IMG/VR virus record: IMGVR_UViG_3300015615_000629
Coordinates: 496,711 to 560,710 of that record
From: a virus
Taxonomy: Duplodnaviria; Heunggongvirae; Uroviricota; Caudoviricetes
Direction: 5' to 3' (one strand)
DNA: 64,000 nt
The notes under the pieces were generated by a model that made no database searches, was not told the DNA's origin, and saw nothing but the letters and a program-made list of their open reading frames with translations. A program made the position numbers and the translations under genes. Of this stretch, positions 63,458-64,000 are shown piece by piece; within the stretch, counting starts at the first letter, position 1, and every line of letters starts with the position of its first letter.

Positions 63458-63550
63458 GCTGTTTAAGGTACAGATAAAGTGGTTTTATAAATAAAAAATG
63501 CCTCGGAGGTGGTGGTCCCTCCGAGGCGGCTAGCGGCCCTTGGGCCGTGT

Positions 63551-63865
63551 CTATCCTTGATGTTCGATTTGCAGCGGGGGCAGCACGCGGACAGTGACGG
63601 GGAGCGGGGTTGGAGCGGGGAATACGCCCCTGCAGAACGCTGACCCTCTTGGAATATGGAGTTGGGTTCCGCCCACATCCATAAAAATGTAGTTTCGGCT
63701 GTCGCGGTGCTTGAAATGCACGTACCCTTCGGGGGTGACTTGCATCAGCATAAACTCACCAGCATCGGCGAAACGGTGAGCCCCATCGCCGCCATCGACT
63801 TGATGGCTTTCGAGCAAGGCCGCGAAATCTTTGAAGTGCTCGTCAACTTCGACTTGAGTAATCAT
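63551..63865 (-). CDS. cassette ORF (104 aa)
   Basis: Start trimmed to MITQVEV behind GGGAG; motif upstream. Confidence 0.6.
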   Translation of the reverse strand: MITQVEVDEHFKDFAALLESHQVDGGDGAHRFADAGEFMLMQVTPEGYVHFKHRDSRNYIFMDVGGTQLHIPRGSAFCRGVFPAPTPLPVTVRVLPPLQIEHQG

Positions 63866-63904
63866 TGGTTTCTCCCTTTCCTTTCTGCCCAATTAGGTAC
63901 AGAT

Positions 63905-64000
63905 TTAACAGCCGCAATCGAGCGTGCCGTTATTGGTTACGGCGTTGGCGACGGTAGCCCAAGCGAACTCGAACACTGGCCCCGTGTGGAGGGTGACGGG
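63905..64000 (-). CDS. partial cassette ORF running off the window edge
   Basis: Open frame ending ...TNNGTLDCGC-stop, with the stop inside motif copy 19. Confidence 0.4.
   Translation of the reverse strand, partial: PVTLHTGPVFEFAWATVANAVTNNGTLDCGC

Larger units (their letters stand above)
62915..63530 (-). terminator. two related intrinsic terminators
   Basis: AAAAAAGCCCTAGAGG-TGGTGGTC-CCTCTAGGGC (about 62915-62949) and AAAAAATGCCTCGGAGG-TGGTGGTC-CCTCCGAGGC (about 63493-63527). Confidence 0.7.
58391..63905 (-). repeat. 19 dispersed copies of an intergenic motif (sense ATCTGTACCT(T)A), probable phage early promoter or operator
   Basis: GGTACAG core on + at 58394, 58699, 58960, 59454, 59846, 60200, 60522, 60758, 61071, 61288, 61590, 61821, 61933, 62242, 62878, 62901, 63270, 63467, 63896; inverted copies at 58728 and 58989. 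Confidence 0.9.

Noticed and set aside
58391-63905. CRISPR array
   Set aside because: The repeats are short and degenerate, the spacing is mostly 100-640 bp and irregular, and the intervals are RBS-led ORFs and a tRNA; no cas genes
58391-64000. Integron with attC sites
   Set aside because: No integrase in the window, no GTTRRRY/RYYYAAC attC structure recognised, and the hairpins read as terminators
1-64000. Stop-codon reassignment (alternative genetic code)
   Set aside because: Long conserved genes are intact in the standard code, and TAA, TAG and TGA all end genes that abut their neighbours

Overview
This window is a 64-kb segment of a large T4-like/jumbo myovirus genome, in three blocks. 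The host is tentatively a planctomycete, from my recollection of the GltX insertion. (1) 87-31306, mostly minus strand: an actin-like ATPase, several glycosyltransferase-like genes, three paralogous PKD-domain virion proteins, a full contractile-tail baseplate set (gp6/J-, gp7-, gp25-, gp5/VgrG-, hub-, gp53/LysM- and tube-initiator-like), the tape measure protein and a gp2-like DNA end protector. (2) 31360-57940, plus strand: a CCA-adding enzyme, HAD RNA-repair phosphatase, Dda/RecD-like helicase, CX5R phosphatase, BCS1-like AAA ATPase, two HNH nucleases and a full-length glutamyl-tRNA synthetase. This block also holds an array of 22 divergent paralogues of a ubiquitin-conjugating E2-like (Prok-E2 family D / PRTRC-B-like) domain, all retaining the E2 cysteine; no E1, Ubl or JAB gene was recognised in the window. 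(3) 58400-64000, minus strand and visibly GC-richer: a cassette array of tiny ORFs and one non-canonical tRNA-Tyr, nearly all preceded by the same ATCTGTACCT(T)A motif and often separated by related terminator hairpins. The strongest candidate for an undescribed system is the E2-like array, hypothesised to be a decoy or counter-defence against host ubiquitin-like antiphage conjugation. All family calls come from motif reading by eye; no searches were run.
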